From assembly GCA_946536225.1 (NCBI GenBank), contig CAMNEE010000002.1:239523-303522 (forward strand): a stretch of 64,000 nt of DNA, written 5' to 3'. Of the stretch, positions 10,098 through 19,718 are shown one piece after another. This DNA is from an uncultured Bacillales bacterium (GTDB taxonomy: Bacteria > Bacillota_I > Bacilli_A > RF39 > UBA660). A model generated the notes under the pieces. It did not search any database. It was given only the letters and a program-made list of their open reading frames with translations, and was not told where the DNA came from. A program made the position numbers and the translations under genes. The first letter of the stretch is position 1. The number at the start of each line of letters is the position of its first letter.

Positions 10098-12511
10098 TGG
10101 AATATAATTTTAAAGAAATAGAAAAGAAATGGCAAAAGTATTGGGAAGATAATAAAACATTTAAAACAGATATTTGGGATTTTTCTAAGCCTAAATATTA
10201 TGTTCTAGATATGTTCCCTTATCCATCTGGAGTAGGTCTTCATGTAGGACATCCAGAAGGATATACAGCAACAGATATAGTTTCACGTATGAAACGTATG
10301 CAAGGATATAATGTATTACATCCAATGGGATATGATTCATTTGGACTACCTGCTGAACAATATGCTGTTCAAACTGGTAACCATCCATCTGGATTTACTG
10401 AAAAGAATATTGGTACATTCTCAAAACAATTACATGAAATAGGTTTTGATTTTGATTGGGATAGAACAATCTCAACAAGTGATCCAAATTACTATAAATG
10501 GACTCAATGGATATTTAAGCAATTATATAATGATGGATACGCAAAATATGTTGATATGCCAGTTAACTGGTGTGAAGAACTAGGTACAGTTCTTTCGAAT
10601 GATGAAGTAATCGATGGAAAGAGTGAACGTGGTGGATTCCCAGTTGTTAGAAAGAATATGAAACAACTTTGTATTGATCAACCTAAATTTGCTGAAAGAC
10701 TTCTTGAAGGATTAAATGAAATTGATTGGCCTGAATCAACTAAAGAAATGCAAAGAAACTGGATTGGTAAATCAACTGGTGTAGAAATGGATGTTGAAAT
10801 CTCAGGTGGAGGTAAGTTCTCTATCTTTACAACATGTATTGAAACAGTATATGGAATTACATTCTTTGTAATTGCCCCAGACGGAAAATTAATTCAAGAA
10901 CTTATGCCAAGAGTTGAAAATAAGAGTGAAGTTCAAGCTTACATTGATGAAACTGCTAAAAAGTCAGCAATGGATAGAACTGAACTTAATAAAGGTAAAT
11001 CTGGTGTTGAAGTTAAAGGTGTTAAAGCAATTAATCCAATTAATGGTGAAGAAGTACCTATTTTCCTAGGAGATTTTGTATTAGGAGACTATGGTACAGG
11101 TGCAGTTATGGCTGTTCCAACTCATGATCAAAGAGACTTTGAATATGCTGTTGAACATAATATTCCTATGGTTCAAGTTATTGATGGCGCAGATGTTTCA
11201 GAGCATGCTTTTGAAAAACATGACTATTTAGGAAAAGGTTGCAAACTTATTAATTCAGATAAGTTTACAGGTCTAACTGTAGAAGAAGCAAAAGAGGCAA
11301 TTACTGACTTCTTAGTTGAAAAAGGTATTGCTAGAAGAACAGTTAATTATAAATTTAGAGAATGGATTTTTGCTCGTCAAAGATACTGGGGAGAACCAGT
11401 TCCAATTGTTCATGGTGAAGATGGTAAAGACTATGTACTTCCAGATGAAGAATTACCACTAGTACTTCCAGTATTAGATGATTATCAAGGACATAATGGA
11501 AAGGCTCCACTTGAAAATGCAGAAGAATGGAAACATTATGATAAAAATGGTATTAAAGGTATAAGAGAAACATCAACAATGCCAGGTTCTGCTGGATCAA
11601 GTTGGTATTATCTAAGATATATTGATCCACATAATAATGATGAATTTGCAAATCAAGAATTATTAAAACACTGGATGCCAGTTGACCTTTATATGGGTGG
11701 ACCTGAACATGCAGTTGGACATTTAATGTATTCAAGAATCTGGAATAATTACCTTTATGATAAAGGATTATCTCCAGTTAAAGAACCATTCAAAAAACTA
11801 GTTCATCAAGGTATGATTTTAGGTGAAAATGGAATTAAGATGGGTAAACGTTTCCCAGAATTCGTAGTTAATCCATCTGATATCGTAAGAGATTATGGTG
11901 CAGATACTCTAAGACTATATCTAATGTTCATGGGACCTCTTGAAGCAAGTAAACCATGGAGTAAATCTGGTGTTGAAGGTGCTAAGAAGTTTATCGATAG
12001 AGTATGGAGACTTATTACTGAAACAAAGATTGTTGATGAAGGAAATAAGAATCTTGAAAAGATGTATCATAAGATGGTTAAGAAGGTTACTTCTGACTTT
12101 GAATCTCTTTCATTTAATACAGCAATAAGTGAATTCATGATATTTGTTAATGCATGTAATAAAGAAGAAACTCTTCCAAGAGAATATGCTGAAGGATTTA
12201 TTAAACTATTAAATCCAATTGCTCCTCATATTACCGAAGAATTATGGCAATTCCTTGGACATGATAATACAATTGCTTTTGAAGAATGGCCTAAGTTCAA
12301 TGAAGAATTAACTCATGATGATGAACTTGAAATTGGTGTTCAAGTAAATGGTAAATTAAGAGCAACTATTCTTGTTAATAAAGATGATAATGAAGAAGTA
12401 ATGAAAGAAAAAGCTTTAGCTGAGGAAAATGTTAAAAATTATACATTTGGTAAAGAAATAGTTAAAGTAATTGCTATAAAAGGTAGAATAGTTAATATTG
12501 TAGTAAAATAG
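10097..12511 (+). CDS. leuS: Leucyl-tRNA synthetase
   Basis: HIGH-type motif HVGHPEG. KMSKS region present as KMGKR. The C-terminus ...YGADTLRLYLMFMGPL aligns along its full length with bacterial LeuS. Confidence 0.95.
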   Translation: MEYNFKEIEKKWQKYWEDNKTFKTDIWDFSKPKYYVLDMFPYPSGVGLHVGHPEGYTATDIVSRMKRMQGYNVLHPMGYDSFGLPAEQYAVQTGNHPSGFTEKNIGTFSKQLHEIGFDFDWDRTISTSDPNYYKWTQWIFKQLYNDGYAKYVDMPVNWCEELGTVLSNDEVIDGKSERGGFPVVRKNMKQLCIDQPKFAERLLEGLNEIDWPESTKEMQRNWIGKSTGVEMDVEISGGGKFSIFTTCIETVYGITFFVIAPDGKLIQELMPRVENKSEVQAYIDETAKKSAMDRTELNKGKSGVEVKGVKAINPINGEEVPIFLGDFVLGDYGTGAVMAVPTHDQRDFEYAVEHNIPMVQVIDGADVSEHAFEKHDYLGKGCKLINSDKFTGLTVEEAKEAITDFLVEKGIARRTVNYKFREWIFARQRYWGEPVPIVHGEDGKDYVLPDEELPLVLPVLDDYQGHNGKAPLENAEEWKHYDKNGIKGIRETSTMPGSAGSSWYYLRYIDPHNNDEFANQELLKHWMPVDLYMGGPEHAVGHLMYSRIWNNYLYDKGLSPVKEPFKKLVHQGMILGENGIKMGKRFPEFVVNPSDIVRDYGADTLRLYLMFMGPLEASKPWSKSGVEGAKKFIDRVWRLITETKIVDEGNKNLEKMYHKMVKKVTSDFESLSFNTAISEFMIFVNACNKEETLPREYAEGFIKLLNPIAPHITEELWQFLGHDNTIAFEEWPKFNEELTHDDELEIGVQVNGKLRATILVNKDDNEEVMKEKALAEENVKNYTFGKEIVKVIAIKGRIVNIVVK

Positions 12512-12539
12512 TACTAACAAAAAAGTTAGTACTTTTTTC
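12509..12539 (+). terminator. Rho-independent terminator after leuS
   Basis: tagtactaac-aaaaaa-gttagtact followed by a T6 run. Confidence 0.7.
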
Positions 12540-12586
12540 TTGCATATTTTTTTATTACTTGTTATACTGAGCAAGTAATTTTATTT

Positions 12587-12663
12587 GGTCCGTTGGTGAA
12601 GTGGTTTAACACACATGCCTTTCACGCATGCATTCATGGGTTCAAATCCCGTACGGATCACCA
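12587..12663 (+). tRNA. tRNA-Glu (anticodon UUC)
   Basis: Acceptor ggtccgt/acggatc with one G-U pair. Anticodon loop cTTTCac. T-loop ttcaaat. The CCA is encoded. Confidence 0.85.
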
Positions 12664-12719
12664 TTGATTATTAACTAACCAATTGGTTAGTTTTTTAAAT
12701 AAAATAAAGGGGTGTTTTT

Positions 12720-13412
12720 ATGAAATATGGAATTATATTTGCCATGGAAGAAGAACTTGTAGAGTTAAAAAAGTTTTTAAAAATAGAAAAAGAATATACT
12801 ATATTTGACCTACATTTTTATGAAGGAACTATTCATGATAAATATTGTATTCTAGTAAGATGTGGAGTAGGTAAAGTAAATGCTGCAAGAACTACTCAAT
12901 TACTAATAGATAACTTTAAAGTAGATTTTATTCTTAACATTGGTGTTGCAGGTGGAATAGATGAACGCTTGAGAGTTGGAGATATTGTAATTGGAGAGTC
13001 TCTTGTTCAACATGACTTTGATATAACTGCTTTTGATCATGAAAAAGGATATATTCCTGAAGTAGGTAAACCTTTTATAGAAGCAGATGAATACTTAATT
13101 AGAAGTGCTAAAAGTTCATTTGAAGAAATAAATGCTAATGTATTTGTTGGTGTAATTGCATCAGGAGATATCTTCTGTACAGATACTAATATGAGTTTAA
13201 AAATAAATAAAAAGTTCAATGCTTTATGTACTGAAATGGAAGGTGCTAGTATTGCTCAAGTATGTTTCCTTTGCAATATACCTTTCTTAATAATTAGAAG
13301 TATTTCAGATGTAGTTAATAATGAAAATACTACTACTTATGAAGAATTCTTAAAAGAAAGTAGCAAAGTAGTAGGTGAAGCAACTTCACTTTTATTAAAA
13401 AATATCAAATAA
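12720..13412 (+). CDS. mtnN: 5'-methylthioadenosine/S-adenosylhomocysteine nucleosidase
   Basis: MKYGIIFAMEEE... and FLIIRSISD resemble the Pfs/MtnN family. Confidence 0.85.
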   Translation: MKYGIIFAMEEELVELKKFLKIEKEYTIFDLHFYEGTIHDKYCILVRCGVGKVNAARTTQLLIDNFKVDFILNIGVAGGIDERLRVGDIVIGESLVQHDFDITAFDHEKGYIPEVGKPFIEADEYLIRSAKSSFEEINANVFVGVIASGDIFCTDTNMSLKINKKFNALCTEMEGASIAQVCFLCNIPFLIIRSISDVVNNENTTTYEEFLKESSKVVGEATSLLLKNIK

Positions 13413-13415
13413 AAC

Positions 13416-13445
13416 TGTCAGGATAATCTCCTGACATTTTATTCT
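13416..13445 (+). terminator. Rho-independent terminator after mtnN
   Basis: tgtcagga-taatc-tcctgaca followed by a T-run. Confidence 0.7.
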
Positions 13446-13528
13446 TTCTATAGTAAACATATTTGTTAAATAAAGATGAATTATATCTTATTATTTTTAC
13501 TTATTGTTATAATATATATGTGATATAT

Positions 13529-14287
13529 ATGAAATGTAGAAAATGTGAAAAAGAAATAGAAGATAATATTTTAATATGTCCTGAATGTGGAACTGTTCAA
13601 AAGGTAGAAGAAAAGGGTCCATATTATAACTATGCTAATGATTCTGCGAAAAGAGCAGTAACAAAACTTACTGATAATCTATATGACGAAAAATATGAAC
13701 AAATGAAGAGCAAAAATGTTAACAAAGAACTTCTTCATAATAGAGTATTTTTAATAGTTAATATTATTTATATTATATTAGTGCCATTATTAATTTATGT
13801 TATCTTTAAAAAAAAGTATTTAGCACTTATTTTCTTTGAAACATGTGTACCATTTTGGCTTATAAGTGTTACATCTTATGAATTTATGTTTAATAAAGCA
13901 GGGAAGAAGTGGTACATGGGTTTAATACCAATTATAAGATTAATTACTTTATTTCAAATAAGAAATGATCAAAGACTAAGAGATCAATTAGGAAAATGTG
14001 AACCATTAGCACTTGTTTGGTTATTCATAGCTATCCTTTACTATGGCAGTGGTCATGGAGGAATATGGATTCTTCATATAATATATATGTTTTATTGTGC
14101 ATCTATTTATACAATATTTTTATATATTTGGTATAGAATAAATGTATTAAAAGAATTAGCTGCTAGATTTAATAATGGTTCAAAGAAAAATATGATTAAA
14201 ACAATTCTTTTTCCTTTCATAATGATTATGGATTATGGATACCTAGAAAAATATAAATATACTAAATTGAATGATAGTTATCTATAA
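13529..14287 (+). CDS. Membrane protein with an N-terminal zinc-ribbon (CxxC...CxxC) and 5-6 TM helices
   Basis: MKCRKCEKEI...ICPECG is followed by multiple hydrophobic helices. The ORF track's start at 13463 is probably too early. Confidence 0.55.
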   Translation: MKCRKCEKEIEDNILICPECGTVQKVEEKGPYYNYANDSAKRAVTKLTDNLYDEKYEQMKSKNVNKELLHNRVFLIVNIIYIILVPLLIYVIFKKKYLALIFFETCVPFWLISVTSYEFMFNKAGKKWYMGLIPIIRLITLFQIRNDQRLRDQLGKCEPLALVWLFIAILYYGSGHGGIWILHIIYMFYCASIYTIFLYIWYRINVLKELAARFNNGSKKNMIKTILFPFIMIMDYGYLEKYKYTKLNDSYL

Positions 14288-14320
14288 AAAAACTCTAACG
14301 TTTTGTTAGAGTTTTTATTT
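14286..14320. terminator. Bidirectional terminator between convergent genes
   Basis: A-run, then aactctaac-gttttg-ttagagtt, then T-run. Confidence 0.65.
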
Positions 14321-14701
14321 TGTTAATTTTTCAAATACTTCATCAATATTTCCTTCTGCATGAGGTATTACAACTTTAGTATCTGAATAGAATGGAATAA
14401 CATGAACATGATAATGTTTTACTTGTTGTTCAGAACCATAGTTATTAACTATTTTTAATCCACATGCCCCAAGTTTTTCATAAACCATTGGTTGTAATTT
14501 TTCTTTGATTAATTTATGAATATGAACCAAAGTCTCATCATCAATTTCAGTAAAATCTACAACATGTTTTCTAGGAACAACTAACATATGTCCATTAGTA
14601 TTTGGATTAGCATCCATGAATACAGCTACTACATCATCTTGATATACCATCTTAGTAGGTATTTCACCATTAGCTATTTTACAAAATATACAATCATTCA
14701 T
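14315..14701 (-). CDS. HIT family (histidine triad) nucleotide hydrolase
   Basis: HYHVHVIP histidine triad and CIFCKI N-terminal motif. An RBS ggtga precedes MNDCIF, so the first 4 codons of the ORF-track call are probably not translated. Confidence 0.85.
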   Translation of the reverse strand: MNDCIFCKIANGEIPTKMVYQDDVVAVFMDANPNTNGHMLVVPRKHVVDFTEIDDETLVHIHKLIKEKLQPMVYEKLGACGLKIVNNYGSEQQVKHYHVHVIPFYSDTKVVIPHAEGNIDEVFEKLTK

Positions 14702-14754
14702 TTTTATCACCAACTAAAATATAACATAAAAGTGGTTAATATAAAACTTAATAA

Positions 14755-15405
14755 TTATTTATTTTCATCAATTAAATCAGTTGCAAACTTAGCAACTGTT
14801 AAATTGTATTCAGGAATTAACCATATTAACCAAATACCCAAAGTAAATACACTTAATATAGATTTAACAAAATATTCAAGAACAAGAAGGAATAATTCCA
14901 TCTTATGTCCTTTAGTTAATTCAGCACTTTTCTTAATAATTTCCATAGCACTTAGGTTTTTAAATCTCTCATCAGCTAGTAAGTACATAACAAGTGCAAG
15001 GGCAAGGGCAGCAATAATACCAGGAACAATTAGTAAGCAAAAACTTATAGCTATTATAATACCCATCATTACAATAGCTAAAATAGTTCTAAGATAATTA
15101 TTAAATTTACTAAATAATTGTTCTACTTGGAACTTTTTACCTTTAACAATATTTACTAGATAAAAACAAAAACCTACATATAAAGGTGATAATAATAGGT
15201 TAATAATAGAAGTTGCTGAAGCAGCACTACGACTAGTAACAACTATATCAACATCATTCCAAACATCTATAACTTCAGGTTTCCAGATGGTATTACAAAT
15301 ACTATCTACAATACCTGTAATAAAACCTAATATAAGTATTCCTATCCATATATTCCATTTATTGCCTTTCAAATTATCCTTTGCCCATCTTTTGGCATTT
15401 TCCAT
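14755..15405 (-). CDS. DUF975-type integral membrane protein
   Basis: Multiple TM helices. Overall shape resembles DUF975/YciC-like membrane proteins. Confidence 0.5.
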   Translation of the reverse strand: MENAKRWAKDNLKGNKWNIWIGILILGFITGIVDSICNTIWKPEVIDVWNDVDIVVTSRSAASATSIINLLLSPLYVGFCFYLVNIVKGKKFQVEQLFSKFNNYLRTILAIVMMGIIIAISFCLLIVPGIIAALALALVMYLLADERFKNLSAMEIIKKSAELTKGHKMELFLLVLEYFVKSILSVFTLGIWLIWLIPEYNLTVAKFATDLIDENK

Positions 15406-15589
15406 ATAAACTTAAACTCTCCTTCCTATTTTAATTTTAGTACATTTATAAAATAATACAATTAAAAATATAGAAGAAGAATGCTATTTCTATAATTCTA
15501 GAAAGTTGTCACTTACAACTTTTTATGCTATAATTACATCAGTTTTGTGCCTTATATATAATTTTATTTATAGAAACGGAGACTTAATA

Positions 15590-17233
15590 ATGAGTAAAAT
15601 TAAGATTTTTGCTATGGGTGGTCTTAACGAATCAGGTAAGAACACATACGTAGTAGAAGTAGATGAAAAAGTATTTATATTTGACTGTGGTTTAAAATAT
15701 GCAAATGATAACATGTATGGAATAGATTATATTATTCCTGACTATAGTTATTTAGTAGAAAATAAAAATAAAATAGAAGGTGTATTTATTACACATGCAC
15801 ATTTAGAACAAATGGGTGGAGTACAGGATCTTATTAACTTAATACCTGATATTAAGATTTATTGTACTAAATATACAAAAGAATACATGATACTTGAAGG
15901 TGTTAACAAAGATAATATTGTAGAGATCAAGGCACATAAGAAGATTACCTTTAAAGATTCAAAAGATGTATCTGTATTCCCAATTAATGTATCTCATTCA
16001 GTTCCTGATGCTGTCATGTATGTACTAAATACTAAAGATGGAGCAATTTGTTATACAGGAGACTTTGTTATTGATCCACTTATGACAGGTTCATATGGTA
16101 TGGATTTAGGTAAAGTAGCTTACATTGGTAAACAAGGAGTATTATGTTTATTATCTGAATCAACTTTTTCAGAGAAAAAAGGACATACTAGTCCAAATCA
16201 TAGATTAACTTCTTGGTTTAAAGATACTATTAATCAAGCTCCAGGCAGAATAATTGTAAGTATCTTACCAGTTCATTTATATGCAATCCAAGAATTATTT
16301 AATGCATCAATTAACATGCATAGAAAAATAGTTATCATGGGTAATAAATTACAAAAGATTGTATCCATTGCGAGAGAAAATGGTTATTTAACTGTATCAG
16401 ATGATTTAATTGGTAATATGTCTGATATAGAAAGAAAAGATTCAATTCTTTTAGTATGTGATGATAGAAAGAATCCAACAGGTGCTTTAGCAAAAATAGT
16501 ATCTGAAAATGATAAATATATTCATTTAACTGATACTGATACAGTTATATTTGCAGAACCAACATATGATTCAAGCGAAAAGGTAATAGTTAAGATGCAA
16601 GATGAAATAGCTCAAAAGAATGTTAATAGCATAACTATTCCTAAAGATAAAACAATTTTACATCATGCATCAAGTGAAGACTTAATGATTATGTTAAATC
16701 TAATTAATCCTAAGTACTATATGCCTGTTAAAGGTGAATATCGTCTTATGGTTAATAATGCTAATATTGCCGATGCACTTCATATGCCTAAAGAAAATAT
16801 TATTCTTAAACAAAATGGTGATGTAGTAGAGTTTGTAAATGGAAAAATTGTAGAATCAACAGAAACAATTAAGATTAATGATTTCCTAATAGATGGTAAA
16901 ACAAGTGAAGATGTTGGTGAATTAGTTATTAAAGATAGAGAGATGTTAGGAGAAAATGGTATTCTTCTAATAAGTGCAACTATTGATAAAAAGACTAAAG
17001 AAATATTAGTAGGACCTGAAGTAACAACAAGAGGATTTATTTATGTAAGAGACTCTTATAAATTAATTGAAGAAATTAAACGTATTAGTAAAGAAATAAT
17101 TGAAAAGAATGTTTCAACTAGATATGTAGATTTCAATGCAATTAAAAATGAAATAAGAGAACAATTATCTAAATATTTCTATGATGAAACAGGTACTAAA
17201 CCAATGATTATTGATGTAATTCAAGAGGTATAA
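15590..17233 (+). CDS. rnjB: RNase J paralog (J2-like) with a degenerate active site
   Basis: Same MBL/beta-CASP architecture as the first copy, but HGHEDH becomes HAHLEQ, HTSGHA becomes HHASSE and PIHGEY becomes PVKGEY. RBS ggaga precedes the ATG at 15590. Confidence 0.8.
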   Translation: MSKIKIFAMGGLNESGKNTYVVEVDEKVFIFDCGLKYANDNMYGIDYIIPDYSYLVENKNKIEGVFITHAHLEQMGGVQDLINLIPDIKIYCTKYTKEYMILEGVNKDNIVEIKAHKKITFKDSKDVSVFPINVSHSVPDAVMYVLNTKDGAICYTGDFVIDPLMTGSYGMDLGKVAYIGKQGVLCLLSESTFSEKKGHTSPNHRLTSWFKDTINQAPGRIIVSILPVHLYAIQELFNASINMHRKIVIMGNKLQKIVSIARENGYLTVSDDLIGNMSDIERKDSILLVCDDRKNPTGALAKIVSENDKYIHLTDTDTVIFAEPTYDSSEKVIVKMQDEIAQKNVNSITIPKDKTILHHASSEDLMIMLNLINPKYYMPVKGEYRLMVNNANIADALHMPKENIILKQNGDVVEFVNGKIVESTETIKINDFLIDGKTSEDVGELVIKDREMLGENGILLISATIDKKTKEILVGPEVTTRGFIYVRDSYKLIEEIKRISKEIIEKNVSTRYVDFNAIKNEIREQLSKYFYDETGTKPMIIDVIQEV

Positions 17234-17234
17234 C

Positions 17235-17396
17235 ATGGCTTTAAAAATACAAAAACAAATTAACACAGTTGAAGAAGAAATAAATTCTAAATTGGCATCT
17301 CTTGGTCTTGTAATAGAGTATGACGATGATTTTTTAAAAGAAAAAGAGAATACTAAAGAGAATAAAAAGAATAAAAAAGAAGAGGAAAGTAAATAA
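17235..17396 (+). CDS. Small acidic ORF (53 aa) immediately downstream of the RNase J paralog
   Basis: The ATG is 1 nt after the rnjB stop. MALKIQKQINTVEEEINSKLASLGLVIEYDDDF... A terminator follows. Not present in the ORF track because it is under 60 aa. Confidence 0.35.
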   Translation: MALKIQKQINTVEEEINSKLASLGLVIEYDDDFLKEKENTKENKKNKKEEESK

Positions 17397-17412
17397 TACT
17401 TCCTCTTTTTTG
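17381..17412 (+). terminator. Rho-independent terminator
   Basis: gaggaaagta-aataa-tacttcctc followed by a T6 run. Confidence 0.65.
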
Positions 17413-17485
17413 TTTCCTAAAATTGATTTTTATAGTAAATATCCTATTAAAATGGTAAAATATAGGCAAGAAGAAGGTGATATAT

Positions 17486-18763
17486 ATGAAAGATAACTTA
17501 CTACCAGCTGATGTTTATAAAATAGTAAATCAATCAGTATTAACAGAAGTAGATAAGAAAAATTTAACCTCATTATATCAACCTATTATTGGTGCTTCTG
17601 CAGTTTCTCTTTATTTAACTTTATGGGGAGACTTAGACAAAAGTGAACAAGTAAGTGACCTTTATACTCATCACCATTTAATGGTAGTTTTGAAATCAAG
17701 ACTTGATAAAATTGAAGAAGCAAGAAAAGCTCTTGAAGCTGTAGGATTAATGAAGAGCTTTATTAAAAGAAATGATAGTGTCAATGAATACCTTTATGAG
17801 TTATATTCTCCATTATCAGCATATGAGTTTTTTAATGATCCACTTCTTAATGTAGTTCTACTTAATAACATTGGAGAAGAAGAATACTCTATATTAAAAG
17901 AAAACTATAAAAAAAGAACTATTAAAAAAGATGATTTTGAAGAAATCACTTCAACTATGAATGAAACATTTAAGTCAATTCCTTCAACTTCATTAGAAGA
18001 AATTAGAAAGACTGAAAAACTAGGTTTAAATATTGAATCCAGAATAGACTTTGATTTAATTGAAAAATCTATTCCCAAAGGATTAATAAACTCTAGAACA
18101 TTTAATAAAAGAGTAAGAGACGTTATTAATAAACTTTCTTTCACTTATAATATTGATACAATAAAGATGATTGAAATTATAAGAATGTCTATTGAAGATA
18201 TAGGTTTAATTAATAAAGAAAAACTTATAGAAACAGCTAGAAAGAATTATGAATATAATAACAATGGTAGACTTCCAACTATTATTTATAGATGTCAACC
18301 TGAATATTTAAAGAGTCCAACAGGAGATACTTCTAGTAAAGGTCGTATGATAGCAGTATTTGAAAATACTACTCCAAATGATTTCTTAAGAGGAAGAAAC
18401 AAAGGCGCTGCTCCAAGTAAAATAGATTTACAAACGCTTGAGTTACTGGCAATTAACTATGACTTACCAGCAGGTGTTATAAATGTACTTGTGGACTATG
18501 TACTAAAAGTTAATGATAATAAATTAACTAGAAATTATATTGAACAAATAGCATCAACATTTAAAAGAAAAAATATTAAAACAGTAGTTGATGCGATGAA
18601 TGAACTTAGAAAGAAAACTACTAAAACTGAAAGTGTTTCTAAAACAAAAGTTACTAAACAAAAAGCAAATGTACCTTCCTGGGTAAATGCAGATATTGAA
18701 TCTAATGATTTATCTGATGAAGATATAAAAAGATTAGAAGAAGATTTAAAAGAATTTAGGTGA
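17486..18763 (+). CDS. dnaB: Replication initiation/helicase-loading protein with DnaD-like domains (B. subtilis DnaB-type)
   Basis: DnaD-like repeats. Lies upstream of and overlapping dnaI, as in the Bacillus dnaB-dnaI operon. An RBS agaaggtg precedes the ATG at 17486. Confidence 0.7.
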   Translation: MKDNLLPADVYKIVNQSVLTEVDKKNLTSLYQPIIGASAVSLYLTLWGDLDKSEQVSDLYTHHHLMVVLKSRLDKIEEARKALEAVGLMKSFIKRNDSVNEYLYELYSPLSAYEFFNDPLLNVVLLNNIGEEEYSILKENYKKRTIKKDDFEEITSTMNETFKSIPSTSLEEIRKTEKLGLNIESRIDFDLIEKSIPKGLINSRTFNKRVRDVINKLSFTYNIDTIKMIEIIRMSIEDIGLINKEKLIETARKNYEYNNNGRLPTIIYRCQPEYLKSPTGDTSSKGRMIAVFENTTPNDFLRGRNKGAAPSKIDLQTLELLAINYDLPAGVINVLVDYVLKVNDNKLTRNYIEQIASTFKRKNIKTVVDAMNELRKKTTKTESVSKTKVTKQKANVPSWVNADIESNDLSDEDIKRLEEDLKEFR

Positions 18764-18768
18764 TAATT

Positions 18769-19689
18769 ATGAAGAGTCCATACTTTGTAGATAAAAATGG
18801 ATTAAAATATGAATACTTAGAAGCAATAAAAGATCCTGATTTTAAAAAGATGATTGCTCGTATCAAAGCAGATGATAATCTTGCGATGAAATATACTTCT
18901 AAAATTAAAAGAAGTGTATGTGAACTTAAAAACTGCTCTAAATGTAAGGGTATTCATGAATGTAAAAATGCTTGCATGGGCCTAGTATATTATCCAAGAG
19001 TAGATGGTAATGTAATTATCTTTGACTATAAAGAATGTAAATATATGAGTCAAGCAAGAATAGAAGAAGAAACTAGTTCTAAATTTTTTGAAGAACCTTT
19101 TGAAATAAGAAAAGCATCTATTAAAGATTTAGACTTAAAAGATAAAAATAGACTTCCAGCTATTAAATGGATGAAAGAATTTTTAAAGAACTATCCTAAA
19201 GATAAACATACAAAAGGGTTATTCTTACATGGCTCATTTGGATCAGGAAAAACTTACATTCTTGCTGCCTTATTAAATGAACTTGCAAAAGAAGGATACT
19301 CTTCAGTAATTGTAAATTATCCAAGAATATTAAAAACTCTAAAAGCATCATTTAATTCAAATTATGAAGAAGACTATGATGACATAATTAATGAACTTAC
19401 TAAATGTGATTTATTATTAATAGATGACATTGGTGCTGAAAATGTTACTTCATGGTCAAGAGATGAAGTATTATTTACTATTCTTCAATGTCGTATGGAT
19501 GAAAAACTTCCAACATTCTTCACATCTAATTTGAATATTGAAGAATTAGAAGATCATTTAGCTGAAACTAAAAATAAAGTAGATGTTTTAAAAGCTCAAA
19601 GAATTATTGAAAGAGTTAAATTCTTATCAGATGATATTGAATTAATAAGTAAAAATAGAAGAGTAGAATTGAATAAAGTACAACAATAA
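18769..19689 (+). CDS. dnaI: Primosomal helicase loader DnaI
   Basis: N-terminal Cys-rich zinc module CSKCKGIHECKNAC. AAA+ Walker A GSFGSGKTY and Walker B LLLIDDIG. Confidence 0.85.
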   Translation: MKSPYFVDKNGLKYEYLEAIKDPDFKKMIARIKADDNLAMKYTSKIKRSVCELKNCSKCKGIHECKNACMGLVYYPRVDGNVIIFDYKECKYMSQARIEEETSSKFFEEPFEIRKASIKDLDLKDKNRLPAIKWMKEFLKNYPKDKHTKGLFLHGSFGSGKTYILAALLNELAKEGYSSVIVNYPRILKTLKASFNSNYEEDYDDIINELTKCDLLLIDDIGAENVTSWSRDEVLFTILQCRMDEKLPTFFTSNLNIEELEDHLAETKNKVDVLKAQRIIERVKFLSDDIELISKNRRVELNKVQQ

Positions 19690-19718
19690 ATTATAATCTA
19701 TATTGAAAAGAGGCATTT

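Noticed and set aside
11940-12128. Same-strand out-of-frame ORF inside leuS (also 35216-35422 inside ftsA)
   Set aside because: Alternative-frame ORFs inside highly conserved genes with no independent signal.
14588-15097. 169-aa + strand ORF spanning the HIT and DUF975 genes
   Set aside because: It overlaps two convergent-looking but actually co-directional minus-strand genes with good RBSs. Its product is low-complexity (I/Y/S-rich) and it has no RBS.
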